Shown: one piece after another, positions 9,749-18,670 of the stretch | Numbering within the stretch: position 1 is the first letter of the stretch | How the letters are laid out: each line of letters starts with the position of its first letter | Source: a virus | Taxonomy: Duplodnaviria; Heunggongvirae; Uroviricota; Caudoviricetes | DNA length: 64,000 nt | Virus record (IMG/VR): IMGVR_UViG_3300047202_000291 | Strand: one strand, 5' to 3' | Position numbers and translations under genes: made by a program | The notes under the pieces: generated by a model | Databases searched by the model: none | Seen by the model: only the letters and a program-made list of their open reading frames with translations | Told to the model about the DNA's origin: nothing

Positions 9749-10042
9749 ATGATGAAATATTATGATAGATGGACATTCATGCGCATTCTTCTTCATCTAT
9801 GGTCCACTGTTAACGGCGTCACTTTATCAGATTTGCGTAGGAAGATTGGTCTTAGGGTGACGATTGAGCACATTGATTGGCTTGAGAAGCACAAGTATGT
9901 GCGCAGAGTTCAGGATATTGATGATTTTCGAAAGCTCAATATTTATTTAACAGCGAAAGCAAAGCCAGTGTGCAAGGCATTAATGGATTTGAAATATTCC
10001 TTGCCAGAGGATTTGGGAAATGAATTTTTTAGGTCGCATTAA
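9749..10042 (+). CDS. Winged-helix DNA-binding protein (MarR/ArsR-like)
   Basis: GVTLSDLRRKIGL...HIDWLEKHKYVRR helix-turn-helix/wing pattern. SD TAGGAGG. Confidence 0.55.
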   Translation: MMKYYDRWTFMRILLHLWSTVNGVTLSDLRRKIGLRVTIEHIDWLEKHKYVRRVQDIDDFRKLNIYLTAKAKPVCKALMDLKYSLPEDLGNEFFRSH

Positions 10043-10547
10043 GCTTCTTTTTGAATATTTTAAAAAGAATGATATGACTCTACGCGAGTTTGCAATAGGT
10101 ATGAACTCAGAGGTCAGCATCAAGAAGGACCTTCATATTCTTTTCTTCGATTATGATGAAGTCTCCCAAGAAGATGTCGAGGAATCTGTATTGGAATGCC
10201 AGGTTTTTTGGAATCTTTCAGACTGTTTTCTCTATAAGACTGGGAATGGGTTTCATGCATATTTTTATTATGATATAATGCCCTACACAAGAGTGCGCAT
10301 GATTATCGACTTTGCTAAATATGTTGATCCAATGTTTAAGTTCATTGGCAGATTTTATGATTATAAAACCATACGCCAGGCAGGAAAATACAAAGTGCAG
10401 GACATTTCTTTCTTGAAAATGATCCCGGGCAAGAGAACGCCCACTCTGGGAGAGGCTGAATTAGGTGATCTGAAGCGCAGGGAACGTGAATATTTATCCC
10501 AGATGCACGGCATTTTGAAGCCAGAAGTATTAAAAGACAAGAAATAA
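10020..10547 (+). CDS. Archaeo-eukaryotic primase (AEP)/primase-polymerase-like small protein
   Basis: AEP motif I ILFFDYDE (hhhDxD) and motif II TGNGFHAYF (sGxGxHxY). Lies directly upstream of the iteron-rich ORF-free region. Confidence 0.55.
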   Translation: MNFLGRIKLLFEYFKKNDMTLREFAIGMNSEVSIKKDLHILFFDYDEVSQEDVEESVLECQVFWNLSDCFLYKTGNGFHAYFYYDIMPYTRVRMIIDFAKYVDPMFKFIGRFYDYKTIRQAGKYKVQDISFLKMIPGKRTPTLGEAELGDLKRREREYLSQMHGILKPEVLKDKK

Positions 10548-10759
10548 TTACTACTAAAAAGTGGGCATAAACATAAGCATTAACATAAACATCGACGATA
10601 ATGCATATGTCTCGTGCTTATGCCAAGAACATATGCTTGTGCTGGCTTAATGCTATATTTCTTGTTTTTGGGTGTCTTGAATTAGTTGATATTTTACTAC
10701 TTTTTAGTTATAAAATATTAAATTAACTACTGATTAGGAATTAAGAAAGGTTTAATAAT

Positions 10760-11035
10760 AGGGGTTGTTTTCTACTCTTGAAATAAGAGAAGGGGGGTTT
10801 TTAGCTATGAGTATTAAAGGGGGTTTATTTTTGTATGAAAGGGGGTTTAATAGGGCGATAAATAAAGGGCTATTTCTTGCGGTAATAAGGGCGATTAATA
10901 AGGGCGATATAAGGCGATATAAAAAGGCGATTTCTTGCGACTATTTAGGGCGACTAATAAGGGCGACTATTAAAGGGTTTTCTAAAAGGTTTTCTCTTGC
11001 GATTAAAGGGGTTTCTCATTATCTAATTTTTTAAT
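10760..11035. repeat. Iteron array (GGGGGTTT, TAATAAGGGCGA[TC], TTCTTGCG families)
   Basis: Direct repeats visible in sequence. The 89-aa ORF the track calls here has a translation that simply mirrors the repeats. Confidence 0.6.
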
Positions 11036-11234
11036 CACCTTTCGGTAATAACCACCACCACCAAAAAGTTTATATACTGAATATGCTTTTCTCCTTCTCA
11101 TATCGCCTATAACGGCGGTTTTGGTATTTAACCAAAAATAAGGTTTTAACCAATTAAAAGGGCAAAACGCAACCTTTAAGGCGAAAGTTTTAAAGGTTTA
11201 GGTTAAAGTTTAGTATCCTACCTTTTTGAATACT

Positions 11235-11256
11235 GCTCACTTACAGGGCTATTCGC
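11235..11256 (+). promoter_or_regulatory. 22-nt element GCTCACTTACAGGGCTATTCGC; reverse complement of the element at 52926-52948
   Basis: Near-exact (single 1-nt indel) inverted copy 41.7 kb away; sits ~120 nt upstream of the gene starting at 11373. Confidence 0.5.
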
Positions 11257-11372
11257 ACAGGAAAAACTACCTTTTCTTTTAAGGACTACGAGCATTAACA
11301 TTAAGTTCTTTTGTTAATTAAAAGGGCTTAATTTCGTTCTCCATTATTAAAACCAAATCGGAGGCGATAATA

Positions 11373-11834
11373 ATGGAAACAATAGAGAAAACAAAAATAG
11401 TAGTTCCAGAGAAAATACCTGCCCAAATCTCTAAAAAATTAGAGATGTTTGGAGAGGTTGTAGATGTAGATTTCGTTTTTGCTGGAGTAGGCAAAAATGG
11501 AACAAGGCATATATCTACAAAGTCATTTGTTCCTTCTAATGAGAAGGAAGCAAAGGCTTTTGTCATAAAGCCGTGTTTGAAGGGCTTTAAGACAGCAGAG
11601 GGATATAGAAATCCTTGGGTATGGTATTTAAACCACAAGGGTATTGTCTTTAATGACGACGGCACAATAGCCATAGTCTTAAAAGACCAAACAGAGCCAA
11701 CTATTTATAAGGTTGAGCATAAGATGATTCTCTATAATGGGGAATTATCGAATAGGAGTGGTATCACCACTTTTAGAAGGGCGGACAACGACAGCGAAAC
11801 CAGCGAACTACCATATTCGCTGGTAGAGGAATAA
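11373..11834 (+). CDS. Hypothetical protein
   Basis: Start context GGAGGCGATAATAATGG (shared with the genes at 18671 and 53187). Confidence 0.65.
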   Translation: METIEKTKIVVPEKIPAQISKKLEMFGEVVDVDFVFAGVGKNGTRHISTKSFVPSNEKEAKAFVIKPCLKGFKTAEGYRNPWVWYLNHKGIVFNDDGTIAIVLKDQTEPTIYKVEHKMILYNGELSNRSGITTFRRADNDSETSELPYSLVEE

Positions 11835-11913
11835 ATTTTTTGATGGAGAACGATTTTAAGCTTTCTATATTTTTTTGAGCAACGACAGATAGGACTTTCT
11901 GCGAGGTGTTTCT

Positions 11914-12099
11914 ATGAATGACACGCATATAGAAGAAGAAACCACAATAGGAGATTTTTTGCGTTCTCCTGATGTGATGTCCAAAGACGCATATTTGAAA
12001 CTGCGTAATTCGGGCAAATTAGACGGTAAGGTTAGTTTCCCATATGGGATAATTAAAGCCAGTAAAAAAGAGGGTGAGATGTATGGAAGAGGACTTTGA
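11914..12099 (+). CDS. Hypothetical protein
   Basis: ATG ORF on the + strand. Confidence 0.4.
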   Translation: MNDTHIEEETTIGDFLRSPDVMSKDAYLKLRNSGKLDGKVSFPYGIIKASKKEGEMYGRGL

Positions 12100-12290
12100 T
12101 GTTAAGTCTCCATTCTGTAATATCCTTTCTCCAAAGGCAGAGCATTTTGATAGATTAGAGGCGAGTTAAAATGCTTTTGCTCGATATAGAGGAGGATATT
12201 AATCAGGACTTACTTGATGGAGATGTTAAACTCATTAAGATAAATAAAAGAAAGGAATTAATCCCATTCCCAGAAGAATAGAGGTGTTCT

Positions 12291-12473
12291 ATGAAGCGAG
12301 GAACAGGATATGTAAATAACGCCAGAGGATTTACCAATACATTTCCCGACGGCGTTAAACTCGGGGCAGAAGATGTCAAAGCCAGATTGGTTTGCTATAA
12401 TTCGGCAAAGATAACTCCTGCGAAAAAAGAGAGTAGTATCGGTAGAATAATTGCCGATAGTCAAGAGCAATAA
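12291..12473 (+). CDS. Hypothetical protein
   Basis: ATG ORF on the + strand. Confidence 0.45.
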   Translation: MKRGTGYVNNARGFTNTFPDGVKLGAEDVKARLVCYNSAKITPAKKESSIGRIIADSQEQ

Positions 12474-12545
12474 AGGAATGGAATAATGTCAGGCAGGCTT
12501 ATTTCATTCCAAACTTTTTTAAATAAGATAAGCGAGGTGATTTAA

Positions 12546-12674
12546 ATGGGAGAACCAGACCAGCAGATAATATGTTCCTGCTGTGGTGAGCCAATTGGAG
12601 ATGCAGGTTTGCACGCATTACAAACAGGACATACTGCTTTTAGGTTCAATAGTTCAGCAATATACGGGGTGTAA
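12546..12674 (+). CDS. Small Cys-rich/zinc-ribbon-like protein (42 aa)
   Basis: SD GAGGTG. CSCCGEP motif. Confidence 0.4.
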   Translation: MGEPDQQIICSCCGEPIGDAGLHALQTGHTAFRFNSSAIYGV

Positions 12675-12678
12675 TCCT

Positions 12679-12792
12679 ATGAGTGACAAATGTAGTATTA
12701 AGCATTGTCGAAAAGAGAAAGAGATTACATTACCAGATGGTAGAGGACTATGTTGGGAACACTGGGAAAAGCATTGTGAGGATAAGGAATGA
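12679..12792 (+). CDS. Small Cys/His-rich protein (37 aa)
   Basis: CSIKHC...CWEHWEKHC. The track's 12583 ORF looks like a composite of this and the preceding gene. Confidence 0.35.
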   Translation: MSDKCSIKHCRKEKEITLPDGRGLCWEHWEKHCEDKE

Positions 12793-13067
12793 ACCAAAGC
12801 GAAGCTTTTAAGGACTTGGAGAATTGGTGTGCTAAATTACAGCAGAACCGATTTAAAGAGGAATTAAGGAACGAGATGAGGCGGGATGTCCATAAGCTCG
12901 TATTTACTAAGATAAATCAAGGGCTTACAATAAGCCAATTATTTGATTGGGTTGTTGAGCATGAAATGTTATTTGCAGGTTCAACTATGCAAGGACCATA
13001 TTGGGCTTACCAAGAATATGTTTCTGTTAGGCAGAAGCTTTGGGGCTTGAAGCAAAAGGTGAAATGA
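12789..13067 (+). CDS. Hypothetical protein
   Basis: ATGA start/stop overlap with the upstream gene. Confidence 0.55.
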   Translation: MNQSEAFKDLENWCAKLQQNRFKEELRNEMRRDVHKLVFTKINQGLTISQLFDWVVEHEMLFAGSTMQGPYWAYQEYVSVRQKLWGLKQKVK

Positions 13068-13203
13068 TGAAATATCTTATTAACCCAACAGATAGAGGAT
13101 GTATCGGTGTCGTGGACGCTGATGATGACGATGAGGCTAAGGAGATAGCTACGAGAAGATTCGGGCTGAGTAAAGTATGGCTTAAACAAATAAGGTGATT
13201 AAT

Positions 13204-13359
13204 ATGGTTGTTCAAAAGAAAGTTAACGCAAGGCACGGCAAAAGCTTTGCTGTATGCTTAAAATGTGGAGCTCAATTTAAACTCCGAAGAAACACCAAGC
13301 ACAGCAAACAGAAAGTGATAAAAGCCATTTGTTCAAAATGTTCAGGTGAGAAAAAATGA
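13204..13359 (+). CDS. Zinc-ribbon mini-protein (51 aa)
   Basis: CLKCG...CSKCSG (2x CxxC). Confidence 0.45.
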   Translation: MVVQKKVNARHGKSFAVCLKCGAQFKLRRNTKHSKQKVIKAICSKCSGEKK

Positions 13360-13535
13360 CTGAATTAACACCAGAGCAGGAAAACTATTTGGAAGAGCAG
13401 GCTCGGGAGAAATATCTTGAGGAGAAGCACAAGAAGGGGCTTGTCGAGTGTAAGTTCTGTGGCTTCGAGCATTCCAAAGATATTTCTTGTCCAGAGTGCG
13501 AAAGGCAATTATTTGAATATAACAAGGAGAAATAA
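13356..13535 (+). CDS. Zinc-ribbon mini-protein (59 aa)
   Basis: CKFCG...CPEC; ATGA overlap with the previous gene. Confidence 0.45.
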   Translation: MTELTPEQENYLEEQAREKYLEEKHKKGLVECKFCGFEHSKDISCPECERQLFEYNKEK

Positions 13536-13632
13536 TTTTATGTTCGACTGCACAAAAGAAAGACGGAGTGAGCGGGTGCAATTCCCGATTAAGTATTAGA
13601 AAACTCTATCAATCTGTGCATGAGGTGAAATA

Positions 13633-13770
13633 ATGAGAAAATATAGGTGCTTTCCTTGCAATAAATACTTTCCGTTAAAGGAATTAATTAAGAGAAATGA
13701 CGGAAGGCATATCGACTATGTTTGTCCGATATGCGAAAAGGTTATCATTTGTAGTGAGGGAACAAAATGA
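13633..13770 (+). CDS. Zinc-ribbon mini-protein (45 aa)
   Basis: CFPC...CPIC. Confidence 0.4.
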   Translation: MRKYRCFPCNKYFPLKELIKRNDGRHIDYVCPICEKVIICSEGTK

Positions 13771-14042
13771 AGAAGCTTGGTTTTAAGATAGGCAAGCAGT
13801 TTCTTGAATCGACCAAGAATCTTGAAGAAGGGCAGATATGGGCTACATTTAGTCCCGTTGGTTATCAGCTTGTGAAGATACGCCACATTGACAATAAAAG
13901 CGTAACTGCGAGCAGTCCATATATTGATGCCAAATTGCTTAATAACAAGCTTGAGTTCGTTAAGGATGTAATCGTCGAAATGTATTCCTTGCGTGAAGTA
14001 AGGATATACACAAAACGAAAACGGAAGAAGGTGAAGAAATGA
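13767..14042 (+). CDS. Hypothetical protein
   Basis: ATGA overlap chain. Confidence 0.55.
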   Translation: MKKLGFKIGKQFLESTKNLEEGQIWATFSPVGYQLVKIRHIDNKSVTASSPYIDAKLLNNKLEFVKDVIVEMYSLREVRIYTKRKRKKVKK

Positions 14043-14263
14043 AACTATTTTTGGCTCTGTTGATATTGTCAGTCATTGTTTTGGCTGGATGTCAAGAGGC
14101 AGATAATGGTAGCCAAAGGGTCGGAACCCATAGTTTAGGCAATGATTTAGTTATTTACACTCTTTGTGTAGATAATGTTATCTGTTATTATCATCCTGGC
14201 GGTTACGCGGGCGGTATGGATTGCTTTAGGGATGATGATTTAGTGACAAAATATTGCGGGTGA
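14039..14263 (+). CDS. Putative lipoprotein/secreted small protein
   Basis: Signal peptide with lipobox-like LAGC. Confidence 0.5.
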   Translation: MKLFLALLILSVIVLAGCQEADNGSQRVGTHSLGNDLVIYTLCVDNVICYYHPGGYAGGMDCFRDDDLVTKYCG

Positions 14264-14481
14264 AAACAATGGAGATTAATGTGAGACAAGGTTTAAATTC
14301 CTTTCTAAGCGATAGAAAGGATAGATTTCCTAATGTGACTGAGAACCAGAAGAATGAATGGGTTAAGGAAATTGAAGAGGCTCTCGTAGAATGTGTGGAT
14401 GACAATGACATTTACTATGACCACAAGCCAGATAATGTAAAGGAGATAGATGAAGAAGTGGAAGACGAGGATGAGTTATAA
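14254..14481 (+). CDS. Acidic hypothetical protein
   Basis: ATG ORF on the + strand. Confidence 0.5.
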   Translation: MRVKTMEINVRQGLNSFLSDRKDRFPNVTENQKNEWVKEIEEALVECVDDNDIYYDHKPDNVKEIDEEVEDEDEL

Positions 14482-14684
14482 TGGAACTCCATGCTTGTTC
14501 TAATTGCGGAATTGTCTTGAGCATAGAGGAGTTTTCATTTAAGGAGATGCCAAAGGATGAATATGATTCTGAGAAAGTCTTGCTTCGTGATTGCAAAGGT
14601 AAATTCGGTGTCGGCGTTAAGACTCATTATGATAGGAGTTTCATTTGTCCAGTTTGTAAAAATATAATTCGATTGGACAATTAA
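14481..14684 (+). CDS. Zinc-ribbon protein
   Basis: CSNCG...CPVC. Confidence 0.5.
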   Translation: MELHACSNCGIVLSIEEFSFKEMPKDEYDSEKVLLRDCKGKFGVGVKTHYDRSFICPVCKNIIRLDN

Positions 14685-14735
14685 TGTTCTTTAGGGGTTG
14701 TTCCCGATTTTTAAGTTAGCTACGAGGTGTTAGCT

Positions 14736-14900
14736 ATGCGAAGAAAAAAATTCTATATTTCGCAAAGGCTACGCAATGGCAATGAGAATGTTCCGATTGT
14801 CATTGGACGTTTCCAGAGCAGAGAGGATAGGAACAGGGCATTTACTGACAATAGGCTCTGGGAAAAGAATTGTTTTTGTGGGATAAGCAAAGAGGAATAA
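14736..14900 (+). CDS. Small basic hypothetical protein (54 aa)
   Basis: SD GAGGTG upstream. Confidence 0.35.
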   Translation: MRRKKFYISQRLRNGNENVPIVIGRFQSREDRNRAFTDNRLWEKNCFCGISKEE

Positions 14901-14901
14901 G

Positions 14902-15129
14902 ATGTCGTATTTTCAGGTTGGGACTGGTAGAGCCACTTGTTGCGAGTGTTATAAAAGGATTTCAAAGGGTGAGCTCGATATAGTGTTTAATTTCTATCAT
15001 GGAGAAAGGCATACTCATTGGAGATGTCTTGTTATCAAGGCAAGGAAATTTATTGATTCAACGCCACTGAATAATTCAACAGCTTTGCACACGGCGGTAG
15101 TTCAGATTCATGGGGAAAAATATGTATGA
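14902..15129 (+). CDS. Cys/His-rich small protein
   Basis: CCECYKRISKGE...HTHWRC. Confidence 0.5.
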   Translation: MSYFQVGTGRATCCECYKRISKGELDIVFNFYHGERHTHWRCLVIKARKFIDSTPLNNSTALHTAVVQIHGEKYV

Positions 15130-15138
15130 GGTGAAAAT

Positions 15139-15507
15139 ATGGAACAAATAAGAGATGCAAAAGATTTGGAGCTTAAAGAGCTTAATCAGTTTATTGGAAC
15201 TGAATGCTATCATCAGGTATATTTCGATAAAAGTATATCTGGGACGGACGGCATAGTTTACATAATGGAAAGTGGTTATAGCTGGCTTGTGACCGATATG
15301 CTTGCGGTGGTTTGCACAAAGCCAGAAATCAGGAAGCAAGAGTTCCTTGCTATTAAGCTGAAGGTTAAAGATAAGGCGGCAATAGCGACCATAGAGGACG
15401 GAAACAATCATGTTCTTTATCAGCAGGATTATAAATATACGGATGCAAAGAAAGACCTGACTTTGTTTTTAACAAACGATGTGCTGATGTTGTCGGGTGA
15501 ATATTGA
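15139..15507 (+). CDS. Hypothetical protein
   Basis: ATG ORF on the + strand. Confidence 0.55.
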   Translation: MEQIRDAKDLELKELNQFIGTECYHQVYFDKSISGTDGIVYIMESGYSWLVTDMLAVVCTKPEIRKQEFLAIKLKVKDKAAIATIEDGNNHVLYQQDYKYTDAKKDLTLFLTNDVLMLSGEY

Positions 15508-15525
15508 AGTAAAGGAGGCGTAAAT

Positions 15526-15963
15526 ATGCCAGAAGATGAAAAGATAGACTTAACTAAATTGAAGAAAGGAGATAGAATTCTCCTGAAGAAAGCCTGTAAT
15601 GTGGCAATAATGAACGAGGGCAAGATGTTTGAAATAGTGAGTAGATGCTCAAATTATTATACTGCTAAATTAGCAGATAATAGTAGTTGTAGTATTATAA
15701 GCATTTACTTTGCCGGTAGCCCGAATGACGAGTTCTGTTTAGCAGACAGAAAAGAACAGGCAAAATATCTTCGCCAGAAGATAGCTGATTTGAAAGTAGA
15801 TATGGCTGAGATGGAGCAAGAGGCTTTCAGGCTTGAAAAGTTCGAGTCAGAAGAGGCTTATGTTGCCTATAAGCTCGATGAGATTATGAAGGCAAATAAG
15901 AAAGGTGGAGCAGAGGCTATGACTAAAGTGTTGAAAACACTTAAGGAAAGCCATATGTTGTAA
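15526..15963 (+). CDS. Hypothetical protein
   Basis: SD AGGAGG upstream. Confidence 0.6.
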   Translation: MPEDEKIDLTKLKKGDRILLKKACNVAIMNEGKMFEIVSRCSNYYTAKLADNSSCSIISIYFAGSPNDEFCLADRKEQAKYLRQKIADLKVDMAEMEQEAFRLEKFESEEAYVAYKLDEIMKANKKGGAEAMTKVLKTLKESHML

Positions 15964-15983
15964 GTAAAGGGTGATTAACCTTG

Positions 15984-16571
15984 ATGAAGAGAATAGAACT
16001 GGAAGGTTTTGGTTCTGTTGTTCTTTGTCCGATAAAGTTCAGAATGCCAGAAGCCCATTGGATTGATAACAAAGGCAAGGAAGCCAAATATACAATTCAA
16101 GGTAAGGGTAAAGGCGTTTATCTGGACTCTGAAGGCAAAGAAGTCAAGAGAGCGGAACTGAAGAGAAAATATTTGATTAACGGGAAGGAAATCCTTACCG
16201 AGAGGCTGAAGCAAACAGATGTTGTTCGTGCCAAGAAGATAAGTCTTATGGATGGGGCGAATGCACCGCTTGCTTTGATTGGCTCAATTGAAGCTGAGAA
16301 ATTTGGGCTTGTGACAGATAACACTAAGATAAAGGAAGCCTTTGATGGTGGCTCTGCAATTCTTGCTAAAGATGTTGTTCTTACAACTGGCGGGATGCCC
16401 TTTAATCTTATAATGTCTAAATTAACTACTCCTTCAGGTAAGGAGAAGTTAGTCGCATATGCAGTCCGTGGCGATTTCTTCGGGACATTAGAGAAATTCC
16501 AAGATGAGCCAATAGACATTCCATTTGAAGAGCAGAATGTTTCTGAACTGAGCGAAGCTCTTGGTGTTTAA
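15984..16571 (+). CDS. Hypothetical protein (immediately upstream of ligase 2)
   Basis: ATG at 15984; the track start at 15981 is TTG. Confidence 0.6.
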   Translation: MKRIELEGFGSVVLCPIKFRMPEAHWIDNKGKEAKYTIQGKGKGVYLDSEGKEVKRAELKRKYLINGKEILTERLKQTDVVRAKKISLMDGANAPLALIGSIEAEKFGLVTDNTKIKEAFDGGSAILAKDVVLTTGGMPFNLIMSKLTTPSGKEKLVAYAVRGDFFGTLEKFQDEPIDIPFEEQNVSELSEALGV

Positions 16572-16598
16572 ATTATTTAGAGCATTTGAGGTGATAAT

Positions 16599-17450
16599 AT
16601 GCCAGAACTAATGCCGATGCTCTTGCAGGAAGTGGAATTCTCAGAGGATGTCTTTGAGAAATATAAAGACTATGTTTGGCAAGAGAAGGAAAATGGCGTG
16701 CGGGTTATGGTTCATATAAAAGACGGGAAGATTTCTGCAGTAAGAAATAGGCGAAATAATCCTGTCTTGCATTTGTATCCAGAACTAACTGCACTTGATT
16801 TTGGGAAAATTAGTGCTATCTTGGACGGCGAACTTGTTGTCTTTAAAAATAACAAGAGTGTTTTCTATGGTGGTATTAATCAAAGGGATAAGCTTTATTC
16901 AAAGGATTCTGTGGAGAAATTTCCAGTTACATTTGTGGCTTTTGATATGATTTTTCTTAATAAGGAAATTCTATTAGGTAAGCCACATAATGAGAGGTAT
17001 GAACTTTTGAATACTGGATTTCTTTCATATACTGGAAAGCACTTTGTAATCTCTGATAATATTGCTGACCCAAAGAAATACTGGGCTGAGCACGTTATTC
17101 CGGAAGGAAGAGAAGGCTTGGTGCTTAAGGATCCCAAAAGCAAATATGAGCCAAGCCAAAGGTCTTGGTCTTGGCTGAAGCTTAAGAATTATAAGGTTGC
17201 TGAAGTGATTGTCGATAGCATTGATGTCAATGTTAAGGGCAATAAGATTACTGGAAAGGCAACTATTAATTCAGAAGTGTGTATTGTTGAGTGCCAATAC
17301 GGCGGCGTGTATAATATTCAGTTAGGCGATAAGCTTCCTGTCGAATATCTTGATATTGTCGGCGGGAAACTTATTCAGCCACATAAGCCAAGAAAATGGA
17401 AGCCAGAGGTGATTCAAAATGCCAGTGAAAATGAAAGTTCCAAAGATTGA
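16599..17450 (+). CDS. ATP-dependent DNA/RNA ligase (second copy; KxNG motif-I variant)
   Basis: Motif I KENGVR, motif III ILDGELVVF, motifs V/VI LVLKDPKSKY...WLKLK. Confidence 0.7.
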   Translation: MPELMPMLLQEVEFSEDVFEKYKDYVWQEKENGVRVMVHIKDGKISAVRNRRNNPVLHLYPELTALDFGKISAILDGELVVFKNNKSVFYGGINQRDKLYSKDSVEKFPVTFVAFDMIFLNKEILLGKPHNERYELLNTGFLSYTGKHFVISDNIADPKKYWAEHVIPEGREGLVLKDPKSKYEPSQRSWSWLKLKNYKVAEVIVDSIDVNVKGNKITGKATINSEVCIVECQYGGVYNIQLGDKLPVEYLDIVGGKLIQPHKPRKWKPEVIQNASENESSKD

Positions 17451-17628
17451 TTTAGAGGATATGCGTGAGTATTATGCAGAGCTCTGTAAGGAAAAACAGG
17501 AGCTTCTAAAGGAGCGGAACTATACAGCAATTCGTATGAATAGTCTTGAAGAGGAAATCGATAAGATTGAAATCCTGCTTGAAAATGAAGAACTCAAGCA
17601 AAATAATAAGGATATTGAGGTGAAATAA
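17419..17628 (+). CDS. Small coiled-coil protein
   Basis: ATG ORF on the + strand. Confidence 0.45.
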   Translation: MPVKMKVPKIDLEDMREYYAELCKEKQELLKERNYTAIRMNSLEEEIDKIEILLENEELKQNNKDIEVK

Positions 17629-17936
17629 TGGGTTTCTTAACTTGGTTTCATTATAGGACTGGAGAGGTGAGTTTTACAAGTTCATTTTGGCGAGCAATTC
17701 ATTTTAGGAAAACAAGGCGTGAGAGGCAGTGTTATATTTGCAAAGGTAAAATTAAGGTCGGCGATAAATATTCTAATACTACTTGGAGCCCTATTTGTTC
17801 CAAATGTTCTATGGTTCATTATGCTAATATTATAAGGTCGTTTTATACGACTATTCAAAGCATTAATGCTGAACGAATCAAATGTGAAGCTTCTAATTTG
17901 AAGCAAGTTGAGATAAGAAAAGAAGTGTATGTATGA
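17628..17936 (+). CDS. Zinc-finger protein
   Basis: CYICKG...CSKCS. Confidence 0.5.
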   Translation: MGFLTWFHYRTGEVSFTSSFWRAIHFRKTRRERQCYICKGKIKVGDKYSNTTWSPICSKCSMVHYANIIRSFYTTIQSINAERIKCEASNLKQVEIRKEVYV

Positions 17937-18583
17937 GGTGGTATCCTAAAATGGATAACGCACAACAGATAGCGCAAGCGCAAAGCAGCGAAAGCAGGAA
18001 GATTGCTCAGAATAGGGCAATCGATTTGCGTTTGAGAAAAGAGAATAGAGCTTTTCTCGAAAAGGCAACTGCGGTAAAGAAGCAAGCCGTGAAAGACCCT
18101 AGAACAAAGGCTCTTTCGAAGACTCTTGTGCAGAAGAAAGCCCTGAATAAAGAGCTTTCTAAAGCCAATGAGCTTCATCAGAAGGAGTATAACAAGCGTT
18201 CTGAGGAATTTCAGAAGAAGATAGCCAAGCTTGAAAAGGAGCATGGAAAGGTAATGGATAAAGTCAGCAAGGACTTTGCCAGGAAACAAGCTCCCAAGCA
18301 AAAGCTGTTTGAGCAGTTAGGGACTAAATGCCAAAAGTTCCAGGACGAGCTCAACAACAAGTATCAGGAATGCTTCATTACCTATAGTGCAGAGGTAAGG
18401 AGAATACTTACTCCATATGTCAGAGTTGACAAAGGGGTAGTATTAAAGGCCTTGCCTGTTGACAAGACAAAGCTTGTCTTGCAGGTGGAGAAGCTCCAGA
18501 ATAGTGTTGATGGGTTTATCATTAACACTGAGACTTTGAACGACGAGGAACTCTCTAAAGCCATAGAAGAGTTTATTGATTAA
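17933..18583 (+). CDS. Lys/Glu-rich coiled-coil protein
   Basis: ATG ORF on the + strand. Confidence 0.55.
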   Translation: MRWYPKMDNAQQIAQAQSSESRKIAQNRAIDLRLRKENRAFLEKATAVKKQAVKDPRTKALSKTLVQKKALNKELSKANELHQKEYNKRSEEFQKKIAKLEKEHGKVMDKVSKDFARKQAPKQKLFEQLGTKCQKFQDELNNKYQECFITYSAEVRRILTPYVRVDKGVVLKALPVDKTKLVLQVEKLQNSVDGFIINTETLNDEELSKAIEEFID

Positions 18584-18670
18584 GAAAAGATAGGGTTGGT
18601 AGCCTGCGGTGTCCCGTGTATGGTGGGCCAGCCCATTCTTTTCTTTTTAAAGAAAATTGGAGGCGATAAG

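Larger units (their letters stand above)
10548..11372. other. Putative replication origin/control region: AT-rich, ORF-free, two iteron families
   Basis: 3x AAGGGGGTTT (10791-10850). TAATAAGGGCGAT tandem at 10883-10908 plus TAATAAGGGCGAC at 10955. 3x TTCTTGCG. Flanking TACTACTAAAAAGT / TACTACTTTTTAGT. Adjacent to the AEP primase gene. Confidence 0.55.

Noticed and set aside
10765-11034. 89-aa ORF across the iteron region
   Set aside because: The translation (…AINKGLFLAVIRAINKGDIRRYKKAI…) just mirrors the DNA repeats, so it is treated as non-coding origin-like DNA.
12583-12792. Track ORF 12583-12792 as a single 69-aa protein
   Set aside because: It starts with GTG and spans the end of an SD-supported small gene (12546-12674) in another frame. 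It is better explained as a separate 37-aa ORF starting at ATG 12679.
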